Source: Oculatellaceae cyanobacterium bins.114
GTDB taxonomy: Bacteria; Cyanobacteriota; Cyanobacteriia; Elainellales; Elainellaceae
Length of the DNA: 14,754 nucleotides
Direction of reading: 5' to 3'
NCBI GenBank assembly: GCA_033764315.1
Contig: JANRJA010000001.1
Span: 1-14,754 of the forward strand
The first letter of the stretch is position 1. Each line of letters opens with the position of its first letter. Below, piece by piece: positions 14,619-14,754 of the stretch. A model generated the notes under the pieces. That model was not told the origin of the DNA, made no database searches, and saw only the letters and a list, made by a program, of their open reading frames with translations. A program made the position numbers and the translations under genes.

Positions 14619-14754
14619 GAGCCTATCCGAAAACCTGAATTGCCCTTATAGCAATACATGCAAAAGCAAGGTGGATCATCGCTAGATAGTTTTGTGGTTT
14701 CTTCTCCCAACGAATTAATAACCGTCGAAAGCGGTTCATCCATGAGTGTGTTCG
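14619..14754 (-). mobile_element. IS5-family insertion sequence, 3' end (truncated by window end)
   Basis: The transposase stop lies within the terminal sequence GAGCCTATCCGAAAA (14619-14633), preceded by TAA (14616-14618), a plausible target duplication. Confidence 0.82.
14623..14754 (-). CDS. IS5-family transposase, C-terminal fragment
   Basis: Manual translation RTHSWMNRFRRLLIRWEKKPQNYLAMIHLAFACIAIRAIQVFG*, matching the IS5-family (V)ERTxxWxxxFRRLxxRWEK...NY motif. Confidence 0.9.
   Translation of the reverse strand, partial: RTHSWMNRFRRLLIRWEKKPQNYLAMIHLAFACIAIRAIQVFG

Overview
Cyanobacterial DNA (15 copies of the HIP1 octamer GCGATCGC, a Uma2 gene and cyanobacterial-type intergenic hairpins), bounded by the 3' end of an IS66-family element (1-140) and an IS5-family element (14619-end). 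The left half is an Rhs/YD polymorphic toxin locus. An IS66-interrupted Rhs gene carries an unrecognised C-terminal tip followed by a DUF6745-like gene. Two start-less Rhs tip cassettes follow, one with a PD-(D/E)xK-like nuclease (minus strand) and one with a NucA/NucB-like DNase (plus strand), each with its own candidate immunity gene; a Uma2 gene lies between them. The main observation is that both silent cassettes begin their ~90% identity to the main gene at the same motif, TA[C/G]CTATACTTATGA. The three copies alternate in orientation (+,-,+) and one is a dif-like palindrome (CGTCATA-N8-TATGACG). This suggests, but does not prove, a shufflon-like, site-specific toxin-tip switching system; no recombinase is in the window. 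The right half has a RAYT remnant with REP-like hairpins, HU, a modular GH24 lysozyme, an AraC regulator with a MAPEG-family gene, an adenylate-kinase/FlaR-like P-loop protein, a DUF900-like alpha/beta hydrolase and several small inverted-repeat elements. Family assignments come from motif recognition by eye, not database searches.
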